From the NCBI GenBank assembly GCA_041447175.1, contig CP166960.1:703507-767506 (forward strand): a stretch of 64,000 nt of DNA, read 5' to 3'. The stretch is from Candidatus Bathyarchaeia archaeon. Lineage in GTDB: Archaea > Thermoproteota > Bathyarchaeia > Bathyarchaeales > Bathycorpusculaceae. The notes beneath the pieces were generated by a model. It searched no databases, was not told the origin of the DNA, and was given only the letters and a program-made list of their open reading frames with translations. Within the stretch, counting starts at the first letter, position 1, and every line of letters starts with the position of its first letter. A program made the translations under genes and the position numbers. Below are positions 45,897-54,442 of the stretch, piece after piece.

Positions 45897-47525
45897 TTAT
45901 CCAACTCCTCCACCGGCACATGCACACGCACAAGAAACACACGCGCAGGCACACGCGCACGCCGCACAGGCGCAGACGCATCCCGCTTTTTTGTTGGCGG
46001 GTTGATGAGAAGCGGGGGGTTTGGCGGGGATGATGGCGTTGGCGAATTTTTCGATGTTGGTTACGATGTTGCTTGAGGTTTTCTCCAGCGAGGTGGCGAT
46101 GTTGTTGGCGAATTCGGCGCCGGGAATCGTGGGGGGTTTGCCTGACTGCGAGGGGGCATTGATGTTTGGCGTGTAGTTTGGGTCGGCTCTGTAGTGGGTG
46201 TAGCCGTACCAGTACCACAGCCAGTACGGACTGGGCTCAAATGGCCGCGTGGTGAAGGTGGTTTTTGTGCGTCCCTGATAGTCTGGGTCTAAGAGTAGCC
46301 ACAGAAGCTGCTGGTCATATGCTTTTGATGCAAGCTCACCTGTGCCTGCCTGCTCCACCTGCAGCCATGCTTTGTCCACAATTTTGCGGTAATACTCCTC
46401 CGTGTCCTTGCGGCTGTATCCCCGCAGTTTCTGCTCCAAGGTGTCTCGCAGATACATAACGGTCTTTGCCAGTGCCTCTTCGTCAAGGGTTCCGTCCGCT
46501 TTGACTGCGTCGAGAAAGTCTATTTCGTAGTACCGCAGCAGGTTGTCCTCGGGTCCCTTCTTGTTTTGGTATTCGGGCATAACCCGCAGCTTAAGCGATG
46601 GATTGGTGGATTCCACCCAGACCGCGCGTTTCTGCAGCAGGCTGTAGAGGATTTCGGTAACGATTTGGGTGGGCTTAAGGTCCAGCAGATAAGAGGCTTC
46701 GACAGCGGTTAAGCCGCGTTTTATGCCCAGAGTTTCCATGCTGACCTTGGGTGAAGTGTAAGGGCGTTTCCGCGCGGCGTAGAAAACTATGCCTAAGGCA
46801 AGCAGAACAAACGCCACTGCCGCCGCAATGAACGCTATGCTGGTTCCTGATAAGCCGCCTTGGGCTGGAGGCTCAAAATCTGGAAGGGCTTCTGCTGGAA
46901 ACGACACCCCAACAATGTACTGCTCCTCGGCTTGCAGAACAGGAATTTCCCAGTAAACCGCGAGTCTGCCGTCGGGTTCAGTAGAGGTGCTGTTCCAAAA
47001 GGCGTCTGCAGTGGTTTTCACATCGTTTACGGTGACGTTTGGGGGCATAACAATTTGGATGCGGGCATCATTGATGGGAACCGACATCCACTGTGGGGCA
47101 AACTGCATCCCAAAGTTCCCCTCGTTCATGGAGTCAGGGCTAATCATGTCCGCCACGTTGGTGGTTAAGGTGAACCAAATGGTGTTGCCTGCGGTCAGCG
47201 GCGAATCCAAAGTTACCTTCACGCCTGTGCCATCCGAAGAACGGTCAGCCTGCAAGAAATGCCCATACTGGTCCGTGACTTCGCCAATCATGAAGTCCTT
47301 GGTGGGCTGCCCCAACGTAACGTAGCTGATTTGCTGCCCCGACTCCAACGTTAAACTCACGTTATAAAACAGGTCAACTGTGCCGTCGTGGTTTATCCAA
47401 AGCTTTGCCCATTCCTGATTGAAGCGGTAGCTTCGGGTCTGCGCGTCAGAAACCGCGACGGAGGCGGCTACGCAAAGAAGCAGAACCGCTACGAAAAATG
47501 TAAAGAAGACCCGTTTTTTCACCAT
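45897..47525 (-). CDS. DUF2207-like membrane protein ending in an alternating Cys-Ala tail
   Basis: Signal/anchor helix, then an extracytoplasmic domain (SYRFNQEWAKLWINHDGTVDLFYNVSLTLESG), then a TM followed by ARKR. A large cytoplasmic region follows (GLTAVEASYLLDLKPTQIVTEILYSLLQKRAVWVE). C-terminus: CVCACAACACACACVSCACACAGGGVG. Confidence 0.6.
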   Translation of the reverse strand: MVKKRVFFTFFVAVLLLCVAASVAVSDAQTRSYRFNQEWAKLWINHDGTVDLFYNVSLTLESGQQISYVTLGQPTKDFMIGEVTDQYGHFLQADRSSDGTGVKVTLDSPLTAGNTIWFTLTTNVADMISPDSMNEGNFGMQFAPQWMSVPINDARIQIVMPPNVTVNDVKTTADAFWNSTSTEPDGRLAVYWEIPVLQAEEQYIVGVSFPAEALPDFEPPAQGGLSGTSIAFIAAAVAFVLLALGIVFYAARKRPYTSPKVSMETLGIKRGLTAVEASYLLDLKPTQIVTEILYSLLQKRAVWVESTNPSLKLRVMPEYQNKKGPEDNLLRYYEIDFLDAVKADGTLDEEALAKTVMYLRDTLEQKLRGYSRKDTEEYYRKIVDKAWLQVEQAGTGELASKAYDQQLLWLLLDPDYQGRTKTTFTTRPFEPSPYWLWYWYGYTHYRADPNYTPNINAPSQSGKPPTIPGAEFANNIATSLEKTSSNIVTNIEKFANAIIPAKPPASHQPANKKAGCVCACAACACACACVSCACACAGGGVG

Positions 47526-47872
47526 TTCGGCTCCTCCGCAACCTCGAACGTGGTTCCACAATAAGGGCACTTCGCGTAGGGTACGCCTTTTTCAATGTGG
47601 ATTTGGCGTGCATCCACCGAGGCAGAGCAGTGAGGGCACTTGATTGTGGCGGCCTTCATTTTTCCCGAAAGCTCCAGTTGCTGGATGATTTTGGTGGGTT
47701 TACGAGACGAAACGTAAGTGACGTATGAGACAGCAAAACCTAAGGCAAAGAGGGCAAGGGCGACGGCTAGGCGCGTGGTGGCTTCTTGGACGGAGGCGGC
47801 GATGGCAAAGATTAAGCCAAAGAAGAACAGAACAGCCGCAGCGAGCGCGCCTAATACGGTTGTTACTTTCAT
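47519..47872 (-). CDS. Two-TM membrane protein with C-terminal zinc ribbon
   Basis: Two hydrophobic helices, then CPHCS...CPYCG. Its stop overlaps the start of the downstream gene (ATGGTGA). Confidence 0.5.
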   Translation of the reverse strand: MKVTTVLGALAAAVLFFFGLIFAIAASVQEATTRLAVALALFALGFAVSYVTYVSSRKPTKIIQQLELSGKMKAATIKCPHCSASVDARQIHIEKGVPYAKCPYCGTTFEVAEEPKW

Positions 47873-47981
47873 GGTTACGTGTTTAGGGGTGGCGGGAATT
47901 TAACTTTGCCCCGCCAAATGTTTCCCTGCAAGCGGCGCGTGAAGTGGAAACCTATTAAGAAGCCGCAGAGAACGCATATTC

Positions 47982-50489
47982 ATGTTTCCCACTGGGGCAA
48001 AGGGCAAAAAGTTATCTGCATTACTTTTGGTAGGGCTATTTTTTGCAGCGGGCGCGTTTTCAGTTATCGCTGGTGAGGGGTTTGTTTCAGCTCAACCTTT
48101 AGTGCCCCCTGTTTTGGCATGGCAACAGACCCTGCCTGAGGAGTCGGGAGTTTCTGCGAATCAGATTATACAAACCAGTGACGGCGGATATGCAGTGGTT
48201 TGTGAGGGGAACTACAAGAATTTTTCTCCGGGGGCACTTGTCAAACTGGACGCTGCGGGTCAGGTTCAGTGGAGTAAAACTTATGGTGTGGTTAATTTGT
48301 TGACTTTAATGCAGACCACAGATGACGGCTTTGCTCTGGTTGGCTACGAGTTTAGGGGCACTTCCCGCCCTGTTCTTCTTAGAACTGATTCAAACGGCAA
48401 TGAACTATGGAACCAAAGCTACACCGAGTTAACCGTCAACTCGATGCTGCCCGCACCAGACGGAGGCTTCATATTTGCGGGGTCTGCTTCAACCACCCAC
48501 GACGCCGCGTTGTCTGATTCTGACTTTGCCTTGGCAAAGGTGACTTCTTCAGGGACTCTTCAATGGAACAAAACATACGGCGACGCAGGCGACGATTATG
48601 CCGTTTCGGTTGTGCAAACCCTTGATGGCGGTTATGCTTTGGCTGGAACAACAACGTCGTTTGACCCTGAAGGAGAATCCAATATGTGGCTCGTAAAAAC
48701 GGATTCAGAAGGCAACATGCAGTGGGACAAAGCCTTTGGAGGGTTAGGCGACAGCGCGGCTTACTCGGTTATTCAAACCAATGATGGAGGCTACGTTTTA
48801 GCGGGCGACACTAACGCTTTCGGGTTAGGCCGCTATGACGCGTGGCTAATAAAAACCGATACCACGGGCAATCTTTTATGGACCCAAACCTACGGCGGAA
48901 CAGGCGAACTACCCAGCATAGGCGATTTGCCGACAAATTTTGTTGCAGGCTCAAACGGCGAGGCAGAAGACCACGCGTATTGCGTAATACAGACCCGTGA
49001 TGGAGGCTTGGCCTTTGTTGGAGCTTCCTCCTACATGCCATCAGGGTCGGCAACTACCCTTGTTTGGCTAGTCAAAACCGATTCTGCTGGAAACCCCCAA
49101 TGGAACCAAACCTTCGGCGCACCATTCAAGACTTGGGCAGGAAACGCCCTCATCGAAACATGCAACGGCGCTTTTGCCATTGCAGGTTTCAGGCAGGAAC
49201 CTGGGTTTCCGTGGATAGGCAACGGCTATGTAGTTGAAACTGAACCCTCTTCACCTTTACCGAGCTTAACTCCAACAGTCTCCGTTTCGCCAAGCTCGCC
49301 TCCTCCCACCTTGTCTTTTCCCTCAACCATCATACTTGCCGACGGAAACATTGACCCCTCAACGTCGCCTATTCAACGCATCGGCAACCTCTACACGTTA
49401 ACGGACAACTTGAATGGAGAACTCGTCCTCAATAAAGACAACGTGATTCTTGATGGCGCTGGCTATATGCTTCAGGGAAACGGCACCTTAGGCGGGCTTA
49501 TAATTCGAAAGAGTCAAACTGGCGTGAACCTAACAGACCAAACCAACATCACGGTCAGGAATCTGCAGATAACTGGCTACAACTACGGCATCTACCTCCA
49601 AAACTCCACCAACATCACCCTCACCGAAAACAGAATTTCACAAAACAGCAACGGCATTTTTGAGAAAAACTCAACCTTCACCACAATTTCAAAGAGCAAC
49701 CTGACACAAAACGACTACGGCGTTTTCATAACCCAATCCTTTAACAACAACTTAAGCCGCAACAACATCGATGATAGCCTCTCCTTTGGCATCACCTTAA
49801 ACCAATCGGTGGGTAACGTTCTTTTCGGAAACAACCTAACCACCTCAAGCGTTGACTTTGAATCGGGCTCAAACAACCTCGTCGCGGGGAACCTCTTCTA
49901 CAGCAGCTACTTTGGCATCTACCTGAACGGCGAAACCAACTCTACGGTTGTAGCAAACAATTTCACGGCCTGCAGTTTTGCCATAGATTCCCCAAGTGGC
50001 GCCTTTGGCAACTTGTTCTACCTGAACAGCTTCAACAATACGCACATTAACGAGTTTTCTGGGAAAGAGCATAATTTTTGGGACAACGGCACAGTTGGAA
50101 ACTTCTGGAGTGACTACTTCACAAGGTACCCAAACGCCACTGAAGCTGACAACTCTGGGGTCGGAGACATTCCTTACGCCATGGTCTACGGCTTAACCGA
50201 TGAGTACCCATATGATGGGGATGTTCCAAACCCCAACAATGTGGACCGCTATCCCCTGTTGACGCCAGTTTCAAGCACCACCGCCATGACCTTAGCGGAA
50301 GAGTTAGTTTTGGCGCATACGTGGTCGTCAACTCCGACTCTGCCCCCATACGCCACGCCTTCACCATCAACCTCCCCGCAACCCGATTCCGTATCGGCTG
50401 ATTTGTGGCTGGTGCTTGCTTTTTTGGGTCTAATTGGGGTCGTTGCGGTTGCTGCGTTGGCTTTCAAATTGAGAAAGAAGCATACCTGA
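47982..50489 (+). CDS. Large surface protein: DGGY-motif repeats + right-handed parallel beta-helix (NosD/pectate-lyase-like) + PT linker + C-terminal TM anchor
   Basis: Signal peptide. ~7 diverged repeats (W.KTYGG...IQT.DGGY.LAG...D.WL.KTD..GN..W). Beta-helix repeats (NITVRNLQITGYNYGIYLQNSTNITLTENRISQNSNGIF). C-terminal helix plus KLRKKHT. Confidence 0.65.
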   Translation: MFPTGAKGKKLSALLLVGLFFAAGAFSVIAGEGFVSAQPLVPPVLAWQQTLPEESGVSANQIIQTSDGGYAVVCEGNYKNFSPGALVKLDAAGQVQWSKTYGVVNLLTLMQTTDDGFALVGYEFRGTSRPVLLRTDSNGNELWNQSYTELTVNSMLPAPDGGFIFAGSASTTHDAALSDSDFALAKVTSSGTLQWNKTYGDAGDDYAVSVVQTLDGGYALAGTTTSFDPEGESNMWLVKTDSEGNMQWDKAFGGLGDSAAYSVIQTNDGGYVLAGDTNAFGLGRYDAWLIKTDTTGNLLWTQTYGGTGELPSIGDLPTNFVAGSNGEAEDHAYCVIQTRDGGLAFVGASSYMPSGSATTLVWLVKTDSAGNPQWNQTFGAPFKTWAGNALIETCNGAFAIAGFRQEPGFPWIGNGYVVETEPSSPLPSLTPTVSVSPSSPPPTLSFPSTIILADGNIDPSTSPIQRIGNLYTLTDNLNGELVLNKDNVILDGAGYMLQGNGTLGGLIIRKSQTGVNLTDQTNITVRNLQITGYNYGIYLQNSTNITLTENRISQNSNGIFEKNSTFTTISKSNLTQNDYGVFITQSFNNNLSRNNIDDSLSFGITLNQSVGNVLFGNNLTTSSVDFESGSNNLVAGNLFYSSYFGIYLNGETNSTVVANNFTACSFAIDSPSGAFGNLFYLNSFNNTHINEFSGKEHNFWDNGTVGNFWSDYFTRYPNATEADNSGVGDIPYAMVYGLTDEYPYDGDVPNPNNVDRYPLLTPVSSTTAMTLAEELVLAHTWSSTPTLPPYATPSPSTSPQPDSVSADLWLVLAFLGLIGVVAVAALAFKLRKKHT

Positions 50490-50650
50490 AAGCCTGCGCT
50501 GAGTTGCTTTGAGAATTTGAAAGCTAACCTCATGAATTCAGACTATATAGTTAATTTTGACAAAGCATATTTACCTGAAAAACCTACTTTTAATTGGACC
50601 TTTGTTTACGCCAAACCTACCTAGAGGCGACTGGAGGTGCAGGTGGACAC

Positions 50651-51886
50651 GTGAAAAAATTCTTAGTTATGCTCATAGTGGTGTTCTTGCTGACATCTAC
50701 TGCAGCCGCCGTCGTGGTGCCCTTGAGGTTGGCTGACAAAAACAAAGAAACCTCCTTTTATGTAGGTGTGTCTTTCTGCGGCAACACCACCGCTGAGGCA
50801 AAACTGCTCATCGACAAGGTGCAGGGGTACACGAATCTGTTTGTGTTGCAGTCGTGGCCTGTGAGCCGAAACGAAACCGCTGTTTACGAAGTTTGCGACT
50901 ACGCTGTTGCTCATGGGTTGAGCATAATTGTCAATTTGGGCACGCGGACTGACCGTGTGACTTGGGAGTGGCAATTTCAGGTGTGGAAGAACGGAGAGAC
51001 ACGTTGGGGTGACAAGTTTTTGGGTGCCTATTATGATGATGAACCGGGAGGCGCTCAAATTGACTACGACTGGAATGGTTTTCTTTCTGAACGTGTAGCT
51101 TACACTGTTCCTAAAGATTCTGACCAATGGGGCAGAGAGGTTTACCTGAAGTGGCTGGAGTGGAAAACCAACGGCACCCAACCCGCAGACTACAATGCAG
51201 AAACACAGGTTTTCCTCAACTACTTTAACCATAATGAAAGTGCTTTTCAGGAGCTGAAACGTAACGGCATTAAAACCTTCATCTCTGACTACGCATTGCA
51301 CTGGTTTGATTACTTGGGCGGTTATGATGTTGTTTTGGCTCAGTTCGGCTTCAATAACAGCTACGTGCAGGCAATCCAGCAGGTCCGAGGTGCAGCGAAC
51401 ATGCAGGGCAAAGAGTGGGGCGCCATCATAACTTGGAAGTACATGCAGGAACCCTACTTGGCCAGCGGCGAAGAAATCTACCAGCAAATGATGACGGCAT
51501 ATCAGGCAGGCGCAAAATACGTGGTTATCTTTGATTACCCGCAAATTGACGGGAATCCTTATGGTGTTTTAACCGAGGACCATTTTGATGCGCTGGAACG
51601 TTTCTCAAATGATGTTATGGCAACTTCCAAAATGCGGCTTTTAACAGATAACAGCCAAGCTGATGCAGTTTTGGTTTTGCCCAGCAATTATGGGTTTGGG
51701 CTCAGACGGGCAGATGACCGAATTTGGGGCTACTGGGGACCTGACCAGAAAACCGCGCAGGTCTGGGCGGCGTCACAAAACCTGCTGCTACAGTATGGGG
51801 TTCATTTGGATATCGTGTTTGATGACCCCGCTTACCCTGTTGAGGGCAAATACTCCACGGTCTACTACTGGAACCAGACCCTTTAA
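50651..51886 (+). CDS. Secreted hypothetical protein
   Basis: The GTG at 50651 is preceded by GGAGGTG. Signal peptide KKFLVMLIVVFLLTSTAAAVVVP. No family recognised. Confidence 0.45.
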   Translation: MKKFLVMLIVVFLLTSTAAAVVVPLRLADKNKETSFYVGVSFCGNTTAEAKLLIDKVQGYTNLFVLQSWPVSRNETAVYEVCDYAVAHGLSIIVNLGTRTDRVTWEWQFQVWKNGETRWGDKFLGAYYDDEPGGAQIDYDWNGFLSERVAYTVPKDSDQWGREVYLKWLEWKTNGTQPADYNAETQVFLNYFNHNESAFQELKRNGIKTFISDYALHWFDYLGGYDVVLAQFGFNNSYVQAIQQVRGAANMQGKEWGAIITWKYMQEPYLASGEEIYQQMMTAYQAGAKYVVIFDYPQIDGNPYGVLTEDHFDALERFSNDVMATSKMRLLTDNSQADAVLVLPSNYGFGLRRADDRIWGYWGPDQKTAQVWAASQNLLLQYGVHLDIVFDDPAYPVEGKYSTVYYWNQTL

Positions 51887-52048
51887 CCGCCGCAACTGCC
51901 CTTTGCCCGCGGGGTTTTGCTTCTGTTTGATATTGCTAAGGCGGCGTTTTGGTCGTAACTTTTATAAGGTTTCCCTGCATGAGAAGATGGGGAATGGGGG
52001 TCCTAATCACTTTAGGACTCCCAAACGACAATTATTTTTGCCTCACGT

Positions 52049-52276
52049 TTAAGGTAGTTTTCTTTGTGTATGGTTTAAGGCGTTGCTTTGATTTTTCTCT
52101 TTAATTATACGCAGCATTTTGGAGGCTTCAAAGGCGTTTTGTGCCGAAGCGATGCGTTTTGCTTTGGCAACTTCGATTTTGGTGCCGCAGTGAGGGCAGG
52201 TGCGAGTTTTCTGGCTTGCGGGGGCGAGCAGCAACCCCATGCATTTTTTGCATTGGATGATTAGTGTGGGGGGCAT
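52049..52276 (-). CDS. DUF1922-like zinc-ribbon protein
   Basis: IIQCKKCMGLLLAPASQKTRTCPHCGTKIEVAKAKRI matches the DUF1922 layout. The internal ATG is preferred. Confidence 0.5.
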   Translation of the reverse strand: MPPTLIIQCKKCMGLLLAPASQKTRTCPHCGTKIEVAKAKRIASAQNAFEASKMLRIIKEKNQSNALNHTQRKLP

Positions 52277-52347
52277 TTTGGTGTGCCTCAAGCGAAAGCC
52301 TTTTCCACATACAGTTAGATAACAGTATTGGCAAGGATGCATCGCGG

Positions 52348-52710
52348 ATGGGTGTGCCTGAAAAGCAACGGTCCAGACCCAATTTAATTGAGGTTGCCGT
52401 GAAATACTTCAAAAAAGAAGGCTTCAAAGTCAACGGTCAAGCCGTAGCCATGGAAGGCGACAGCGGAATTCTGCGCCAATTTGACCTTTTGGTGCAGAAG
52501 GGACGCGAGGAGCAGGTGGTTTGGGTGCGTGACTGGAACCGAACAATCGGCGTCAACGTCATCATCGGATTAGACACGGCTTCGGCGGACGTGCGGCTCT
52601 CCAACCCAATTATGATAGGCGAAAAATTCAGCGACCACGCTAAATCTTATTCAAACCGCCGCAAAATCATGCTGCTCACCAAGCAAAAGTTGACAACCAG
52701 CTTCCGCTAA
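52348..52710 (+). CDS. Restriction-endonuclease-like (PD-(D/E)xK) small protein
   Basis: VKYFKKEGFKV...GDSGILRQFDLLVQKG...VVWVRDW resembles an Mrr-cat/Hjc-like core. Confidence 0.35.
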   Translation: MGVPEKQRSRPNLIEVAVKYFKKEGFKVNGQAVAMEGDSGILRQFDLLVQKGREEQVVWVRDWNRTIGVNVIIGLDTASADVRLSNPIMIGEKFSDHAKSYSNRRKIMLLTKQKLTTSFR

Positions 52711-52715
52711 AACGG

Positions 52716-53300
52716 CTACTCTTTTAGGAACTGGTCAAGTTTGCCTTCCCGCTCCAGCGTACCAAGCCAATCCACAAAGCCATACACGCAAGGTTTTTTG
52801 CCCTCCAAAACCGCCACAACCTGCTGCAACACCTCTTCTGCGGGTTTGCCTGTGGTGTCTACTTCGCAGACCTTTGCCTTATCCTGCTTCTGCAAAGCTT
52901 CCACAAGGCACACATCCAAAATTTCGGCTTGCAAATTTTCCCGCTGTTTAGCTTGGGTGTAGCCGCGTTTCTGCATGAGCTCGGAGAGCTGGGTGGGGTG
53001 GCGTCGAAGCACGAAAACGTGGCTGACCAACGGTTTTGGGGTGACTGCGGCGGCGAAATGCCCGTCGATGATGGTGTCGGTTTGTGCGTGTGTGAGGAGG
53101 CTGCGGAGTTTGCGGCGCATTTTGGCTTCGTCCACAACCGTGGTTTGCCGCTGTTTGTCCTGCTCAAGCGCCAAATGTTCCTTTTCTGTAAGCTCGGTTA
53201 GGTTGATGTATTGGGCGTTTAGTTGGCTGGCGAGTTGTTTGGCGAGGGTGGTTTTGCCTACGGCGGGTGTGCCCGTGATGAGGATGACGCGTTTAGCCAT
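52716..53300 (-). CDS. Fap7/adenylate kinase isoenzyme 6-like NTPase
   Basis: MAKRVILITGTPAVGKTTLAKQLA P-loop. ~190 aa with the archaeal Fap7-like layout. The internal ATG at 53300 is preferred. Confidence 0.7.
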   Translation of the reverse strand: MAKRVILITGTPAVGKTTLAKQLASQLNAQYINLTELTEKEHLALEQDKQRQTTVVDEAKMRRKLRSLLTHAQTDTIIDGHFAAAVTPKPLVSHVFVLRRHPTQLSELMQKRGYTQAKQRENLQAEILDVCLVEALQKQDKAKVCEVDTTGKPAEEVLQQVVAVLEGKKPCVYGFVDWLGTLEREGKLDQFLKE

Positions 53301-53446
53301 GAGTTTAGAGGGCGGCTGGGGGTAGTTAACGCTTACGGGCCCAGATGTGCCTTTGTGTTTTGGGGTTCGTGGTTGTTGGTGCACTGGTGAACCAGCATTT
53401 GTTCTTAAACAAAAAACCCAACCTTCTTCTTCAAAGTGAAGCAACA

Positions 53447-54010
53447 ATGAACTCCCTAAAAAGAATCATCACCGTTTTGCTGTTGACCACGCTTGGGGTT
53501 GGAGCAGCCGTATGCGCTTTTGGGTCAACAACCTACACCGTCCAAAGTGACAACACCGCCAAAATCACTGTCCATTCAGGCAACGTAAGAACCACTTGGC
53601 ACGCTTATGCATTTAGACCCGCCCTGCCAATGTTCCTGCAACAGCCCTCTACGCAGACAAGCAGTCAGCTAAGTGGAGCAGGGGACACGATAATTGCCCA
53701 CCTAGCCGTAACCTCAACAACCGTGTATTTTGGTCAAGATGTCAAAATCATAGCCAAACTTAGCCAGCCCGTCTCAGGTTTAACTCTTACGCTGCGGTTC
53801 ATGGATGCCAATCAGCCCACCTTCAACGCAGAGGACGAAGCCTACCTGCAGGCAACAATCGACTATATTCTCAGTTCCCAGTGTCAGACCACGGCGACCA
53901 CCAACTGGAATGGTGTTGCAGTTTTTGATTTAGGCACCGGGCTGCCGGTAACGCAGGCTCCGTTTGACGCGTGGCACTTTAACATCATGCCCCAGTCCGT
54001 AACCAACTAG
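53447..54010 (+). CDS. Secreted hypothetical protein
   Basis: Signal peptide MNSLKRIITVLLLTTLGVGAAVCAFG. No family recognised. Confidence 0.4.
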   Translation: MNSLKRIITVLLLTTLGVGAAVCAFGSTTYTVQSDNTAKITVHSGNVRTTWHAYAFRPALPMFLQQPSTQTSSQLSGAGDTIIAHLAVTSTTVYFGQDVKIIAKLSQPVSGLTLTLRFMDANQPTFNAEDEAYLQATIDYILSSQCQTTATTNWNGVAVFDLGTGLPVTQAPFDAWHFNIMPQSVTN

Positions 54011-54020
54011 CTCCTCACCC

Positions 54021-54039
54021 TTTTCCTTTTTGTTTTTCT
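54021..54039 (+). terminator. Oligo-T tract after the secreted-protein gene
   Basis: ttttcctttttgtttttct starts 11 nt after the stop. Confidence 0.35.
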
Positions 54040-54084
54040 GGTTTGGTGGGTTAACTTTATTGCTTGCCCCGCGTCTTCTGATTT

Positions 54085-54398
54085 GGGCTGGCGAGTTGGT
54101 GTGTGGCTGTCGTTCCCTTCGGGGAATGAGGAAACTCCGCTCACGTGTAGAATTGCACCCCGACGGGGAAGCCGAGAGGCTTGGCAACAGAGCAGAAACG
54201 AAACGTCCCCCCAGACTTGGCGATGAAGCGTTAGGGACGCGGAGTGTGCTGGGTGCGGCGCGGTGAAACGGCTGTCCTGCAAGTGGAAAGGGCAAACAGG
54301 CGCCGATGAAGCATCTACCGGAAGGCGCGGGTAGCCCGATTAGCCGAATGCCACAACAAGAACAAAAAGCGGGTTACAACCAACACACCACGCCCACC
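54085..54398 (+). ncRNA. rnpB: RNase P RNA (archaeal type-A-like)
   Basis: CR-I-like GAGGAAACTCCGC, GGTGAAACGGC, and a CR-V-like ACAAGAACAAAAAGCGGGTTAC whose GCGGG can pair with CTCCGC (P4). The 5' GGCGAGTTGGTGTGTGG and 3' CCAACACACCACGCC ends are complementary (P1). ~310 nt in a gene-free gap. Exact ends are approximate. Confidence 0.7.
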
Positions 54399-54442
54399 TT
54401 AATTTGAGAGCTTATAACGTGCTTGTTTCTTTCAAAAAGGGG

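Noticed and set aside
44549-45967. The ORF-track version of the radical SAM gene starts at 45967 (MRRARVPARVFLVRVHVPVEELDK...).
   Set aside because: The extra 24 codons are just the Cys-Ala tract of the upstream gene read in another frame. The ATG at 45895, right after the upstream stop, is the sensible start. ORF 45892..46218 is rejected for the same reason.
50663-51544. A 293-aa minus-strand ORF.
   Set aside because: It is antisense to the longer plus-strand gene, which has an RBS and a signal peptide. Its own translation has no motifs.
54007-54295. ORFs 54007..54282, 53930..54295 and 54030..54266.
   Set aside because: They lie on the RNase P RNA candidate, whose conserved RNA motifs and helices explain the region better. 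The translations are low-complexity.
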